DNA from: Nitrosopumilaceae archaeon
GTDB taxonomy: Archaea > Thermoproteota > Nitrososphaeria > Nitrososphaerales > Nitrosopumilaceae
Reading direction: 5' to 3'
DNA length: 64,000 nt
Assembly (NCBI GenBank): GCA_965214835.1
Contig: CBDCCK010000002.1
Coordinates: forward strand, 576,001 to 640,000
Shown here: positions 30,457 through 41,900 of the stretch, one piece after another
Numbering within the stretch: the stretch's first letter is position 1
How the letters are laid out: each line of letters opens with the position of its first letter
Position numbers and translations under genes: made by a program
The notes under the pieces: model-generated
Told to the model about the DNA's origin: nothing
What the model saw: only the letters and a program-made list of their open reading frames with translations
Database searches by the model: none

Positions 30457-31581
30457 TTAATTCAGCTGTGGGCAGGAGGTGTTAGAGTCATAGTACATTT
30501 GGAGGTTGGTGAGCAGTCGCAAAATTGTATTTCCGCAGTTACCTTTGAAGAGATATACGCGCATCATGTCGTCTGCTATTTCAAAGTCCATTGGGCTGCC
30601 CGTATGCAGATCAACTGCCATGATTTTAAAATAACCGTCATAGATCTTGGATTTTAATCCCCATAACTTAAATGGTGCTGCAGAGTTGAACATTTTTTCA
30701 ATGAACATGGCAAGACTTTCGATTTTGTTTCGAAATTCAAAGTCAAATGACTTTCCCTCGACCAAGGTTCTGTCCCCTCCCTCCTTGACACCAATACGGA
30801 GATCCTCGACATCTGCAACGGTTTCAGAATACTCAGCCTTGCAGATATCAACAAGATTCAAATGATCCTGCACTGATTTTCCACGTTTTACTGCAAAATA
30901 GCCGGTATTGTGTATGTCATCTTGCACAGAGTCCAACAATGAGGTGGTCGAACCTCGCAGGATTCGTATTTTGTTATACGCAATAGTCCTTTCAATGTTT
31001 GGCCTGGCTTCTACAAGCTGCTGTATCTCACCTGCCAATGAACCGCTAATATTCAGGTTTAGATCCTCGATGTCTGCGTCATCATCCTCATCAGATCTCA
31101 GGAACTTGTCAGAGTATGAAACGCCAAAACCCTTGAAGGAATTACCGGATTTGCTGGCAAGTCGCTTTAGCATGCTAGAATAAAACCACGCATTGTCAAA
31201 TGTATGATGATAATCCCTTGTCAGTGCCTCAACAATCCTGTTCGTGTCTTCTGACTTGTCATTAGTGTGCAAGACAAGAAATCTTTTATCGCTAACATCC
31301 AAGAAAAATTCATGCATGCTGCCGCTTTTTTTGGTTGCACGCAAAATCTTCATGTTGTTTAATCCCGTATCAGTCACCTCGCATGAAATTTCGTCCGTAC
31401 TGAGCTGTGATGGAAAGTCTTCGTTTGATTCAAGTATGTATGTTTTCAACTCTCGCAAGCGGCCTTTTGACGAATATTCCTCATCTTCATACTTTGGTGG
31501 ATGAATCACACTTTCCAAATGATCCATAAAGTCCTTCCTTGTTTCTACCCTAGGAAGTTTGGAACTCACTGCTGGCAACAC
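30457..31581 (-). CDS. Hypothetical protein, first gene of AT-rich two-gene operon
   Basis: Intact 374-aa ORF, AT-rich, TTATTATAA upstream. Confidence 0.8.
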   Translation of the reverse strand: MLPAVSSKLPRVETRKDFMDHLESVIHPPKYEDEEYSSKGRLRELKTYILESNEDFPSQLSTDEISCEVTDTGLNNMKILRATKKSGSMHEFFLDVSDKRFLVLHTNDKSEDTNRIVEALTRDYHHTFDNAWFYSSMLKRLASKSGNSFKGFGVSYSDKFLRSDEDDDADIEDLNLNISGSLAGEIQQLVEARPNIERTIAYNKIRILRGSTTSLLDSVQDDIHNTGYFAVKRGKSVQDHLNLVDICKAEYSETVADVEDLRIGVKEGGDRTLVEGKSFDFEFRNKIESLAMFIEKMFNSAAPFKLWGLKSKIYDGYFKIMAVDLHTGSPMDFEIADDMMRVYLFKGNCGNTILRLLTNLQMYYDSNTSCPQLN

Positions 31582-31915
31582 TTTTCACCGTGGTTTGATT
31601 CCAAGGGTATTTTATAATAAGATTTTATGCGTAAACGGTGCAGATCAGAAAAATCAGGTAGTTTTTACGCCATTTTTGGGTGGTGAGGACCCCGCTAGAA
31701 TAGGAATGTTTTTTTCGCACACTTTACTCATTTCTGCCGTACCTCTGTTATTTTCTGGGTTTTTAGGACAAACTCGTCCGGCGTCAGGTATACTAGTACC
31801 GAGTGGATCCTGCTGGGGTTATAGTCCACAAACACCTCTGCCGGGACGGCCTCAGCCCCTCCCGTGCCGCATCTTTGAGGGGAGGCAAGCGCCTATCACG
31901 CATGCATGACTGCCA

Positions 31916-33331
31916 TAGTCAACTCATAAAAAAAACGGATTGTTTTGACGGCTGCTTTTGGCCCAAAGATCTAAGATCAGGCAGACCATACGCACATGCA
32001 CTAGAAAACAGACAGAATTCGTAGCATCAAAGGGTAGATTCCTGCCATGCAAAGCATCCACACCTCCTCAAGGCGTACAGGGAGGGCCCACAAGGGAGAA
32101 CGCGACAGGCTGCTGCGGTCAGTTCGGGCATGTGGAGTTTGACATACTGCCGCGCAGGACTTCAGTAGGGAACGCGACAGGCTGCTGCGGTCAGCCCGTC
32201 AGGTATTGGAACAGCTTTATCGGAAGGAGCTCGCGCTTGGCAAACAGCTTCCGCACTGACCGCTCCACGTCATCAAGCGTCTTGAACATCCTGGCAGACA
32301 GCCTCCGCTTTATCTCCCTCCACTGTATCTCTACAGGATTGAGCTCCGGCGTGGACGGCGGCAGGCATTCCAGCATTATCTCGCCATCGTACTTTTCCAG
32401 CGTCTCCTTTACGCCGCCGGACTTGTGGTATGACGCATTATCTAGGAATATCAGCACCTTTCCGTATTTTTCGTGCACATTTTCCAAAAAGTCGCAAAAG
32501 CTGCCGGTGTTGGCCTTCTCATAGAACATAAAGTAAAACGTCGCAGCTGACAGTACGCCGAATATGTACCGGCGCTGCCGTGACAGGGACGAGGGCACCG
32601 TGACGCTCATGCCGCGCTTTGTCCACCCGCGTTTGGGGCTGTTTGAGGTCTTTTGGACGAGGACACGTCCTCTTCCAGCACCGTATACCCTTGTGCCGTC
32701 TTTTCCCTGATCAGCTTTTATGATGCATCCTTGAACTCGTTTTGCTTGCGTTTTGAGGCAGCTTTTGGGTTTTTCGGCCTTGATGTCCTCCACGAAAAGC
32801 CCAGCTCGTGTGCCAGCAAAAGCGTGCCGCTCCTGCTGTACTGCACGCCGAACTTCTTTCTGATGTGCCGCCTTATCAGGCGCGAGTCCCACAGGCGGCT
32901 CTCAAAGCCGCAGGTCTCTGGGCCTGCCTTGAGATCCGCGCCAAGCTGCCTCATCTGCGACTCGCTCAGCTTGTGCTTGCGTCCCCTGCCTGGCCGCTCG
33001 TGTCTTGCGCGTATGCCCTCCTCCCGGGCGCGGATGAGCCACTCTGATATGGCAGACGTTGACCGGCCGAGGTTCTTTGCTATCTGCGATATGCTGTTGC
33101 CGTCCTTGCGCTGTATGTATGCAAGCAGCCTGTCGCCTTTTCTCTTGTTGGTCTCCTTTTTGTATGCCTAGAGGGGGTAGGCGCGTGACGTGTTTGGCAG
33201 GAACTTGCCCTCAGATGCTACGGGTTGCTTTTTCTGTGTGCCCATGTACATATGTATGACTTCCTTGGTCTTTAGATCTTTGGATCAAAAATAGTTGTCA
33301 AAACAATCCGTTTTTTTTTATGTGTTGACTA
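31916..33331 (-). mobile_element. IS630-family element with frameshifted transposase (about 32191..33245)
   Basis: About 65-bp imperfect TIRs bounded by TA; HTH fragments plus DNASYH and PELNPVE motifs. Confidence 0.88.
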
Positions 33332-33857
33332 CAACACGACGGACTTTCTTGTCATGGCAACAGGATCAGACGTGTTCTTTCCCAAGTTTTACATGAGGGA
33401 TGGGGATTATGCACATGCCTACAGTATTCTAGGACAGTCCGTCCCGGATGACACGGAGCGGATCTCACGCAGCCTGCTCGTGCTCTACAATTGGATCTCA
33501 GAGATGCGGGAATTGGACATATTTGACAGGTTTGCAGTAGAGTCGGGGGATCTTTACAGGATGATTGAGACATCCGAGTGGCTGATCATGTGCATGGGGG
33601 AAATTTCAAGACATTTGGGCAAAAGGGAGCTTGCAGCAGAGCTGAGCATGCTGCGTAAAAGGATCAGGTACGGGGTAAAAGCGGAGCTAGTTGATCTTGT
33701 CTCGCTAAAAGGCGTTGGCCGCGTAAGGGCAAGGCAGATGTACCGACAGGGAATCAGAACACGCGCCGATATACCGGGCGTCTCGACTGCAAGGCTGTCC
33801 CGGATAGGCAGGATCGGAGCCAAGCTTGCCAAGAGCATAAAGTCACAAGTGCGTTAG
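33332..33857 (+). pseudogene. C-terminal fragment of Hel308/Ski2-like helicase, 5' part removed at IS630
   Basis: WISE..F.VESGDL, RIRYGVK.EL..L..LKGVGRVRAR HhH. Confidence 0.82.
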
Positions 33858-34012
33858 ACCCAGATTGTGGCAGCAGGCGCTTCTGGAAACACGATACTGC
33901 ACAGGCTTGCGCCCGGTTATGCGGCTCGAAATCAGATCAATTACCATGTGAATTTTAAATCAGGAACGCGAAATCTGTGTTTTTTTGCCACTCTACATGA
34001 TGCACCCAAAAG

Positions 34013-34123
34013 GTAACAGCTCGGGCTCTGGAAGTGATTTATGATTTTAGGCACAAATTACATCTGCGAAGATCCCTTTGGCGATAAAATTCATGCCTGA
34101 ACTTCCAGAGCCCGAGCTGTTAC
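34013..34123. mobile_element. MITE family A (111 bp)
   Basis: Perfect TIR gtaacagctcgggctctggaagt; 8-bp TSD CCCAAAAG. Confidence 0.95.
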
Positions 34124-34129
34124 CCCAAA

Positions 34130-34209
34130 AGACCTTATGCGCAGTCGGTTAAAATCAAAAAAATCAGGCGGCTTTTGCGTCGTTTTTGGCAATTACGCAT
34201 GAGGTCTAT
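34130..34209. mobile_element. MITE family B copy
   Basis: agaccttatgcgcagtcg ... caattacgcatgaggtcta. Confidence 0.7.
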
Positions 34210-34547
34210 GGATATCATATCCAAATCTGTCCTAATCCATCCTTTTGGAAGATTCCTTGTATCAAATTCCGTATTCTTCTACCGATGGTGATATTTGCTC
34301 ATTGTTTTTCCCGTAGTCTGGCTCTTGTTCCATATCTGAATCTGCCCGCCATAGATCCCGTCATCATAACACTATCAGCGGAACCTGTGCATAGAATCCG
34401 CTTCTGCCGGAACTATGTCTTTGGAGCCAGTGGCACCTCGTACTCCTTGCCGTCAGGCATCTTTATTGTGGAAAATGCCATTTTTGGTTTTTCTTCAGGC
34501 ATACCTATGCCAACATGTTACAAAACAGTTTTTGACGGATTTAAATT

Positions 34548-34781
34548 CTAGAATTGTCTGTGAGATCTATGCTGTTCTAGACCTTTTGTGTTTATAGATA
34601 TGATGTATATTTTCTCTTCATCTTCTTTAATGAGATAATTTACTGGCATTTGCATTGTTTCTACTGAATCATCATACTCATCAATAATATCATACTCAAA
34701 CTCTTTGGTAATATCTACATTATTGAGAATGTAATCTATCCAATCGATTACGAAATCCTTTGCACGTTTCTCTAACTTCAA
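34548..34781 (-). CDS. Small AT-rich protein, possibly RelE/ParE-like
   Basis: C-terminal VNYLIKEDEEKIYIISI resembles the RelE beta-strand pair. Confidence 0.5.
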   Translation of the reverse strand: MKLEKRAKDFVIDWIDYILNNVDITKEFEYDIIDEYDDSVETMQMPVNYLIKEDEEKIYIISINTKGLEQHRSHRQF

Positions 34782-34801
34782 AAATTGAAGCAGAAATTTT
34801 T

Positions 34802-34993
34802 TTAGTGTAGATGAGTTTCCACAAGTTCTTTTAATCCATTCAAGTAGGCTTTTGCCTCTAAAACAGATCCCTCAAAAACAATATCTGCCGTTCCGTCTTT
34901 TAGTTGCTCTTCGAATTGTTGCTGCTCTATCATCTGTTCCTTGGTAAACACCAGTTGCTGTACTGCGCACTGCGAATTATTCGATTCCAACAT
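34802..34993 (-). CDS. Small acidic protein, possible antitoxin
   Basis: 63 aa with TTTAAATA promoter upstream, directly before the RelE-like ORF. Confidence 0.5.
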   Translation of the reverse strand: MLESNNSQCAVQQLVFTKEQMIEQQQFEEQLKDGTADIVFEGSVLEAKAYLNGLKELVETHLH

Positions 34994-35766
34994 GTGTATT
35001 TTTCTCTAAAAAATGTATTTAAACGCTTCTAAAAATCGGAGCTGGGACATTAACGGGTGTTTGTTCTCCTTGGGACACGCCGGGTGCTGGAAATCGCCGA
35101 TTGGGTCGTGTAATCTTCGTGATATGGATCTTCTCTCGATTCAAGTCTGATTCGCCTCCCTGCTCAGTGGGGCCTTTCGTTTCTCTTTGCGGGTCTTATA
35201 ACGGGCACGCGGCAGCTCTCTGCAATCAGCCGGCAGTTCTCGTACGAGTCGTATGCCAAGTCTAGCTCTACGATGCCGTATCCGTCCCGGAGAGTTGATT
35301 CGAAATTAGAAGATCCTGATTATTTGTGAACGAATTTGCATAAAACGGTTCAAAATACCAACAAAGCGCAAACTGCCTGTGAAATTACTTGAAAAATCCA
35401 TACGGCTTCTCATTTCGGATCACCTCCCAGAATCCCCGCCCAAGTCCCTGTCTCTTATATTTATGGGATTGGTCAGCTAAGTGAAAAGTACCCCAGCCAG
35501 GCAGAAAACCAAGAAAATTAGACCGTCTTGACAACACTGGCAAATGGTACAACTTCAGGTCCTATTTAAAGCGCCCAGGGAACTTTTTGTCCGGAACTTT
35601 TTGATCCTTCCGCATCCGTTGTGACAGACCCGTTGCATCACCACACATCCTTTGTACATGCCAGAACCGGCGCCGTGCAGGCAACACATTGACAGACGGC
35701 ACCTGCAGGCAATCAGAAACTGTTGCATTCGGTGCCGTTGACTGGCAGATTCAGCCGGATCCTTCG

Positions 35767-37477
35767 ATATGAGGCTACGGGTTACGCCGTCCCGTAGGCG
35801 CCAGACGGATCAAAGTGCCATCGGGGCTACGGGTACGACGGCCGTCTGGTTCCAGCGTACCGCCCCCTTGCCTGCACCTGCTGCAGGCGGCCACACCGGC
35901 GGCGGCCCGGGACACTCAAAGACACTGTATCTTGTACCGTCCGTATTGACAAGCGAGGACAGCAGGTGCGCGTCATCCTTGGCCCCTGCAAAGATATCCC
36001 AGCCCGGATCCCGCAGGTATTTCAAGAGTCCACCGGCAGGATGTATGTTTTGCTTGCGGCATGTCATCGAGAACGTCAGCAGCGCAGAAGCCGTCTTTCT
36101 TCCCCCGTCAGTTACGATCTTGTGGCGCGCATTGCGCTGTGGTATGATCCCGTCGCGTATGCATCGCTCCGTATCGTTGTTGTGCGGCGGCATTCCCGGA
36201 CGCGCTAGAAACGTAAACATGTTGGGTATGGCGTTTAGCAGGTGTGTACGCACGTGATCGTCCTCATACGGGCTGATTATTTTGTATGCCTCCCTTGAAA
36301 GCTCCATGTATGTAAGCGACGCAAGCGTCTTTGATCTTTTTTACCTCCCTGTAAAATTCCAGCAGCAAGTCATACCTTTTCCCATCATCGCCTTCGGGCA
36401 TCTTTACTGCAAGCTTTTCTGCATACGCCAGAAGGTGCCTCCAGCACCTCTGGATTATCTCAAAGAACAGCTTGTACTGGGCCAGCCCGTCGACGACTGT
36501 GGGAACCCTGGGATCCAGCCATCCAAAGTGCGTGTGCAGTACCTCAGAGGACCGGGAATCTGCAAAGACCACAAAGCACGCCCCCGCACAGTTGAGCACC
36601 CAGACGTACCCCGTGTGTCCGTCGCCGCGCTTAAAGCCGGTCTCGTCCATCTGTATCCACGGCCTGCCCGCAATGAATGTCTGTATGCATTGTATCATGT
36701 TTTGCCGGAGTGCCTCTGCCACTGCGTGCCGGGCGGCAGTCACGGTATTTGGGGCCATCTTGAATCCAAACATATACTGAAAGTACTCTGCAATGTCCTC
36801 GTCTATGTTTCCCTTCTCAAAGAACATCATGATTAGAGAGAGTGAGACGGGCCCAAGTGACGTGCCGCCTAGAAACGGGGTAGCTGCGACATGCACGGTA
36901 TTGCACTGTGGACACACCGCGTTTTGGATGATGGCATTGGCAGTAATCATGCGCATGGAGCCGTCCAGATCGTTGACAAGCTTGTGGATCGGCTTGAACA
37001 TCCGTAACTGGATGTTGCACTTTGGGCATATTTTGAAATCAAGATCGTACCTTAATGTCATGGATGGCCGGTTGCCGTGCGATGTACCATGGTGTCCGCA
37101 CGGAGGGCCGCGTTTCTTGCCCCTGGCCGCATCGCCGGGACTGCCGCCGGGATCCTCGCCCCTTTTCTCCCTGAACTTTTTTCTGACATCATTGTATAAT
37201 GACGGCGTGGACGTGGGCATGTTGGGACTCTCGTACAGGGCAAGCCTTGCCTGAAGCTCAGCATTCTCCTTCTTGACAATAGAGAGTTCTTTTTCCAGCC
37301 CGGAGATCTTCTCATCTTGCTCCATGATCATGACAAGTGCCTTTCTAGGATCCGTACAGCGTGCAAGCACGGCTTTGGAGTCCATATGTTACATCAGACA
37401 GGCAAGATCAAAAAAGATTTCCATCGAAATTCTTTGACCAAGATGCCGATATTATGTCACTCCCGTAAACTCCAAAC
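35767..37477 (-). mobile_element. IS66-family element, transposase split by frameshift (36264..37385 and 35810..36307); ends approximate
   Basis: QMDETG, VDGL..Y, QRCWRH, HNNDTER motifs; weak inverted ends (gaggctacggg / cccgtaaactc). Confidence 0.8.
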
Positions 37478-37590
37478 CTGCAATGTCTGATCACAAATGT
37501 CTGATGTTCAGCCATGTTCGCAGGGGCATCTGATCATAAGATGCTGCCCAAAAATGTTTGACTGTCAGTATAAAAAGGACCTGAAGTTGT

Positions 37591-38167
37591 ACCTCAAACG
37601 CAATGTGGCACACAGACTGGCACGAAATGAAGGATCCACGCCTACAAAAGCTCAATCTGGTGGCATATCTTGACGATTCCTCGCGGTGCATAACCGGATT
37701 CGGCGTATTTGAGCACGCGACCTCGGAGAACGCAGTCTTGGTGCTGCGCAAGGCAATCAGGCAGTTCGGGACGCCGGCCCAGATACTCTCAGATAACGGC
37801 AGCTGCTTTACGTCGGCCAGGCGCGGTACCCCCCGGGGCAGCTGGACGCCCACGCTGTTTGAGGACGAGCTGTTGGAGCGCAACATCACCCTGCTCAACT
37901 CGCGTCCGTACCACCCCCAGACCAACGGCAAGCTGGAGAGGTGGTTCGGAACGCTTGAGAAGGAGCTGACGCACTTTGACAAAGTAGACGAGTTCATCGA
38001 GTTCTACAACGAGCGCAGGACGCACTGGTCGCTTGACATCAAGCATGCCGAGACTCCCAGGATGGCGTTCCGGAGCCGGGAGGCCACAAAAGCGATCAGG
38101 AAAAGCGACCCGGAATGGATGGAGAAGGATACTAATGAGGGGCGGAACTAATTTTCATATGAAACAC
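37591..38167 (+). pseudogene. IS481-family transposase 3' fragment with right end
   Basis: WHTD, YLDDSSR, LSDNG, HPQTNGKLER; ends ctaattttcatatgaaaca. Confidence 0.85.
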
Positions 38168-38790
38168 TCAGGAGGGGATTGTCGGGATCCTCGTCAATCT
38201 TCCTGCCCAACTCCAGGTGAACAAACTCGTTACGGCAGTTCAGCAGATTGGGATCAGAATCAAAGTCTAGCCGTGAAGCCATCGTCTTGTCCTTGATGTG
38301 GGAAATAATCTCGGGGCGCTCGTGGTTTGTCCTAGTCGGCCACGTCTGGTTTATGGTCACCTTGAGCTCTGCCATCTCCCTTCCGGCATGGTGATAGACG
38401 CGATTCTCTCGGAGGTATGCCTCACCGGCCTCCTTGAGCGTTATGATGTCGCGCTTTTTTTCAGCCAGGATCTGCTCTGCGATATCATGTGGCTTGGGTC
38501 TCTCCTCCTGCTCTGCTCCGGTTTCCCTGGATTTCTTTGGTTTCTTGGGTTTCTTCAGCTCCTCCAGCTGCAGGACAGCCGCAAGCTTGCCATGTGCGAT
38601 TAGACTTTATGCGTAATCGACCTGAATGAGATGAATTTGTTCGTAACAATCCTAGATCTGAGCCGATTACGCATAAAGTCTAGTACTTGGGCACGCTTGC
38701 CCTATTCTGTAGTAAGACCGAGGCGCAGAACTCAAGTGCAGCCCTGGCGTCTGGATCCGGCATGATCTCCTCCAGGAACTTCAGGAATTT
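38168..38790 (-). pseudogene. Fragments of phage/plasmid P4-type primase-helicase (D5_N)
   Basis: EIISHIKDKT..FDSDPNLLNCRN..LELG and KFLKFLEEIMPD..LEFCASVL. Confidence 0.6.
38601..38682. mobile_element. MITE family B (82 bp)
   Basis: Perfect TIR tagactttatgcgtaatcg / cgattacgcataaagtcta. Confidence 0.9.
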
Positions 38791-38954
38791 TTTTGGACTC
38801 GCCTGCATCCGGCAAAGCTGACATCAGGCTGCCGCGGCTCTACGATCAACACGTGCGGGGACAGGACTGGGCCGAGCTATCAAGCCAGGCTGCAGCCCCG
38901 CTCAAACCCCAGCAGCAAAACCTGCGCCTGCATGCTGCAGCGGCCCACATCCCA

Positions 38955-41900
38955 CTACACTGCCCGGCCCTGCCTTTTTACCGAGCCTCCCAGCTTTATG
39001 AAGACTGCCACCGCAGTCCCGACTGCTGCCACGACCGGTATGCCCACCGCGAGCATGTCTGGCGGTCCGCCCCCAGAGCCGGCAGCATCCGGACTGCCAG
39101 CTGCGGGTGCACCGCCTGCCGCGGGCCGGGCGGCATAGTCTTTTACAAGCGTAAAGTGCTTCGTGGAGCGGTTTCCGTCAGAGTCCCATGCGGTGACGTT
39201 GAGGACATAGATCCCGTCGGGCAGGCCGCCAAGGTCAAGCCCGTCTCCGGCGACGAACAGCTCCGTCGAGTTTGCAAGAAACCTCACCCCCTCCAGATCA
39301 TCGTCGCTTATCCTAGGGAGGATTGCCGTCTGGGGCAGGACGGTCCCGGGCACGTCCAGCTCGATCAGCGGCGGGGGGTTCTGGATGCCGATGTTTGAAA
39401 ACCTTGCCAGCATGGAGATAGGCTCGGTGGTGTGGTTTCCTGCAAACAGCGTCGAGTGCACCATAAAGCTGTGTATCCCCGTCTGGTTTATGGGTACATG
39501 CAGCACAGTCGAGGTGTCGTCTTTGTTCTTGACGGGGAAGAACCCGCCGCCCTGGCTGAACGGGGACGTCCCAAGCCAGTCAAGGGAGGGCCAGCTCATA
39601 AAGTGTCCGAACACCCCGGAGGGCACGTTGGTCTGGATGATGCGGCCGCCTGGATCCACTGCAAATACCGCAAGGTTGGTGTCGCGATCCTCCCAGAAGA
39701 ACTCCACGGATGCCGAGTTGATGTCCGGACTCTGGATGTCAAAGTAGTAGTGCCTCCAGTCCCCTGCCATGTAGCGGTTGGCCATGTCAAAGGCGCCCTT
39801 GACATAGCCTGTGCCGTGCATGACATCCCGGCTATATGTGCCCCCCACCCTGACTGAGGACTCGCCGCGGACGGGCTCGGCTACGACATAGCTTACCGGC
39901 ACGCTGGCCGAGTGCCCGTCGCTCTCAAAGGTCAAAAACCCCGAGTAGACCCCGGTCTGCGCGTCGGGCGGGACGACGACGGTGACATCGAGGCTTTCAG
40001 AGCCCCCCGGCGGGACCGATAGGGCGTCTTTGGCAACCCACGCCGGATCCCACTCCGTGCTGCCATAGAAGGTGGACGTGAGCGTATAGTTCATCGACGT
40101 CGCGTTGCTTTGCGTGTCGCCAATCCAGAACGAGAACCTTGTAGGCACGGGGTATATTCCGACTAGCGGCGTGCCCTCAAACCTTTCTGCCGGCTCGCTC
40201 ACGCGGAGCTCCTGCACCGTCCCCCACGATCCTCCCCTAGCAACCATGGACAGCTCGTCGCTTGTGGCCTGCGTGTTGTTGTTTTTGTCAGTCCAGTCAT
40301 AAACGTACAGGGAGGAGATCCTCAGGTCCTCGGCATAGATGTCGTTGGTCTTGTTCATGAACTCGCCGAACGGGAAGCTGAGGCTGAGGATCATCAGCTC
40401 AGAGTCGGGGGGGATCCGTACCTCGTCTGTGTAAAACGAGCCAAGATCCGTGTAGTTTTTGACGTTGGAGAGCGGGACATAGTCGGGCCGGTAGGCGCCC
40501 GGGTCATCGAGGATCCTGTCCCGCAGGTGCGGCCTTGTATGGCCTGCATGGGAGGTCTGCTGGACCATCTCAAGCGTCCTTGTTCCGACTGAGACCCGCA
40601 TCTCCTCGTCAGAAGGGTTCTCAACCGTAAAGCTTGCCGTGGCGCGCCCCCCCGGGTGCAGGCTGCCTGCAAACCAGCTGGTCATCGGAAAGCTCTTCTC
40701 GGGCAGCGAGACGCGCTGCAGGTTCAGGGCCGTCGAGTTGAGCTCATCAAGCGGGGCGGCCAGAACCGACCTGATGTTTTCAAACGAGGCGTCGTTGTGG
40801 ACGAGGAACACGTCCTGCCCCTCTGCGTACCTTACTGCGTCGCGGACGTTGAGCAGCCCGGCTCCCTGCGTGAACGGGTCGTTTTGCAGGTCGGTAGCAG
40901 AGGACATCAGTATGTTTTTGATAAGGAAGGGGTCATAGTCCATGTTGTTCTCGATGAGGCCCTGCATTAGTATGGCGGCGCCTCCCGAGACGAGGGGGGC
41001 TGCCATGCTCGTGCCCCCAAACATGGAGAACGGCTCGCTTGCGGAGTTTTTTTCAAGCCGCAGCACGTTTGAGGGGGTAAAGCCGTGGGCCCCGATGCTC
41101 ATCAGGTCAGGCTTGGGATCGCCGATTATGCCGGGGCCGCGGCTGGAAAAGTCAGCGACGTGGCCGTGGTGATCGGTGGTGTTTCCAAACCTCGGCTGGC
41201 CCTTGAAGGGGCCGTATCCGACAAACACGTTGTTGGTAGTTGCGCCGACTGAGACTCCAAACGGCGAGGAGTTGGGCATGGCCATGGTTCCGTACCCGTG
41301 GCCGGAGTTTCCGGCGCTTACCACCATCAGGACGCCCGGAAAGTCATCATCCAGCGAGTTGGGGGTGGAGAGGACCCCCAGGATCAGGGAGACCACGTCT
41401 AGGCCTGGTGCCGAGCCGATGATCGGAAAGTTTGAGACGCCCCAGCTGTTTGAGACTATCTGCGCGCGCGGCTCCCCGGTGAACCTCCACCGGACGTCGT
41501 CGTTGTCAAATCCGGCCGCCCACAGCCACGAGTAGACCACGTCACCAAACCACAGGGACTTGATCGGCAGGATTTTCGCATCCGGGGCGACGCCGGTGAT
41601 CGCGTGCTTGCCGGTATCGTTGTAGATGTCATACTCGGTGCCTCCCCGTGAGGCAATCACCGCCGCGCTAGAGGTGCCGTGGCCCTGAAAGTCCGTCATC
41701 ACGCCAAAATAGTTGCCGTCCGGATCCAGGGGATGCAGGAGCGTTCCGTTGACTGCAAGGGCGTCATCGTCGATGGTGGCAGTCTTGTTTGTCATTATGC
41801 CGTAGACGTCCAGGACCTGCGCGCCTATGGCGCCTGCGCTATAGTCGTCCCTTCCGTCCCCGTCCGAGTCATATACAAGGAACTCGTTTCCGCTGCCCAG

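Noticed and set aside
32099-32194. 24-bp direct repeat (aacgcgacaggctgctgcggtcag)
   Set aside because: Only two copies, inside the IS630 3' region; likely a local duplication
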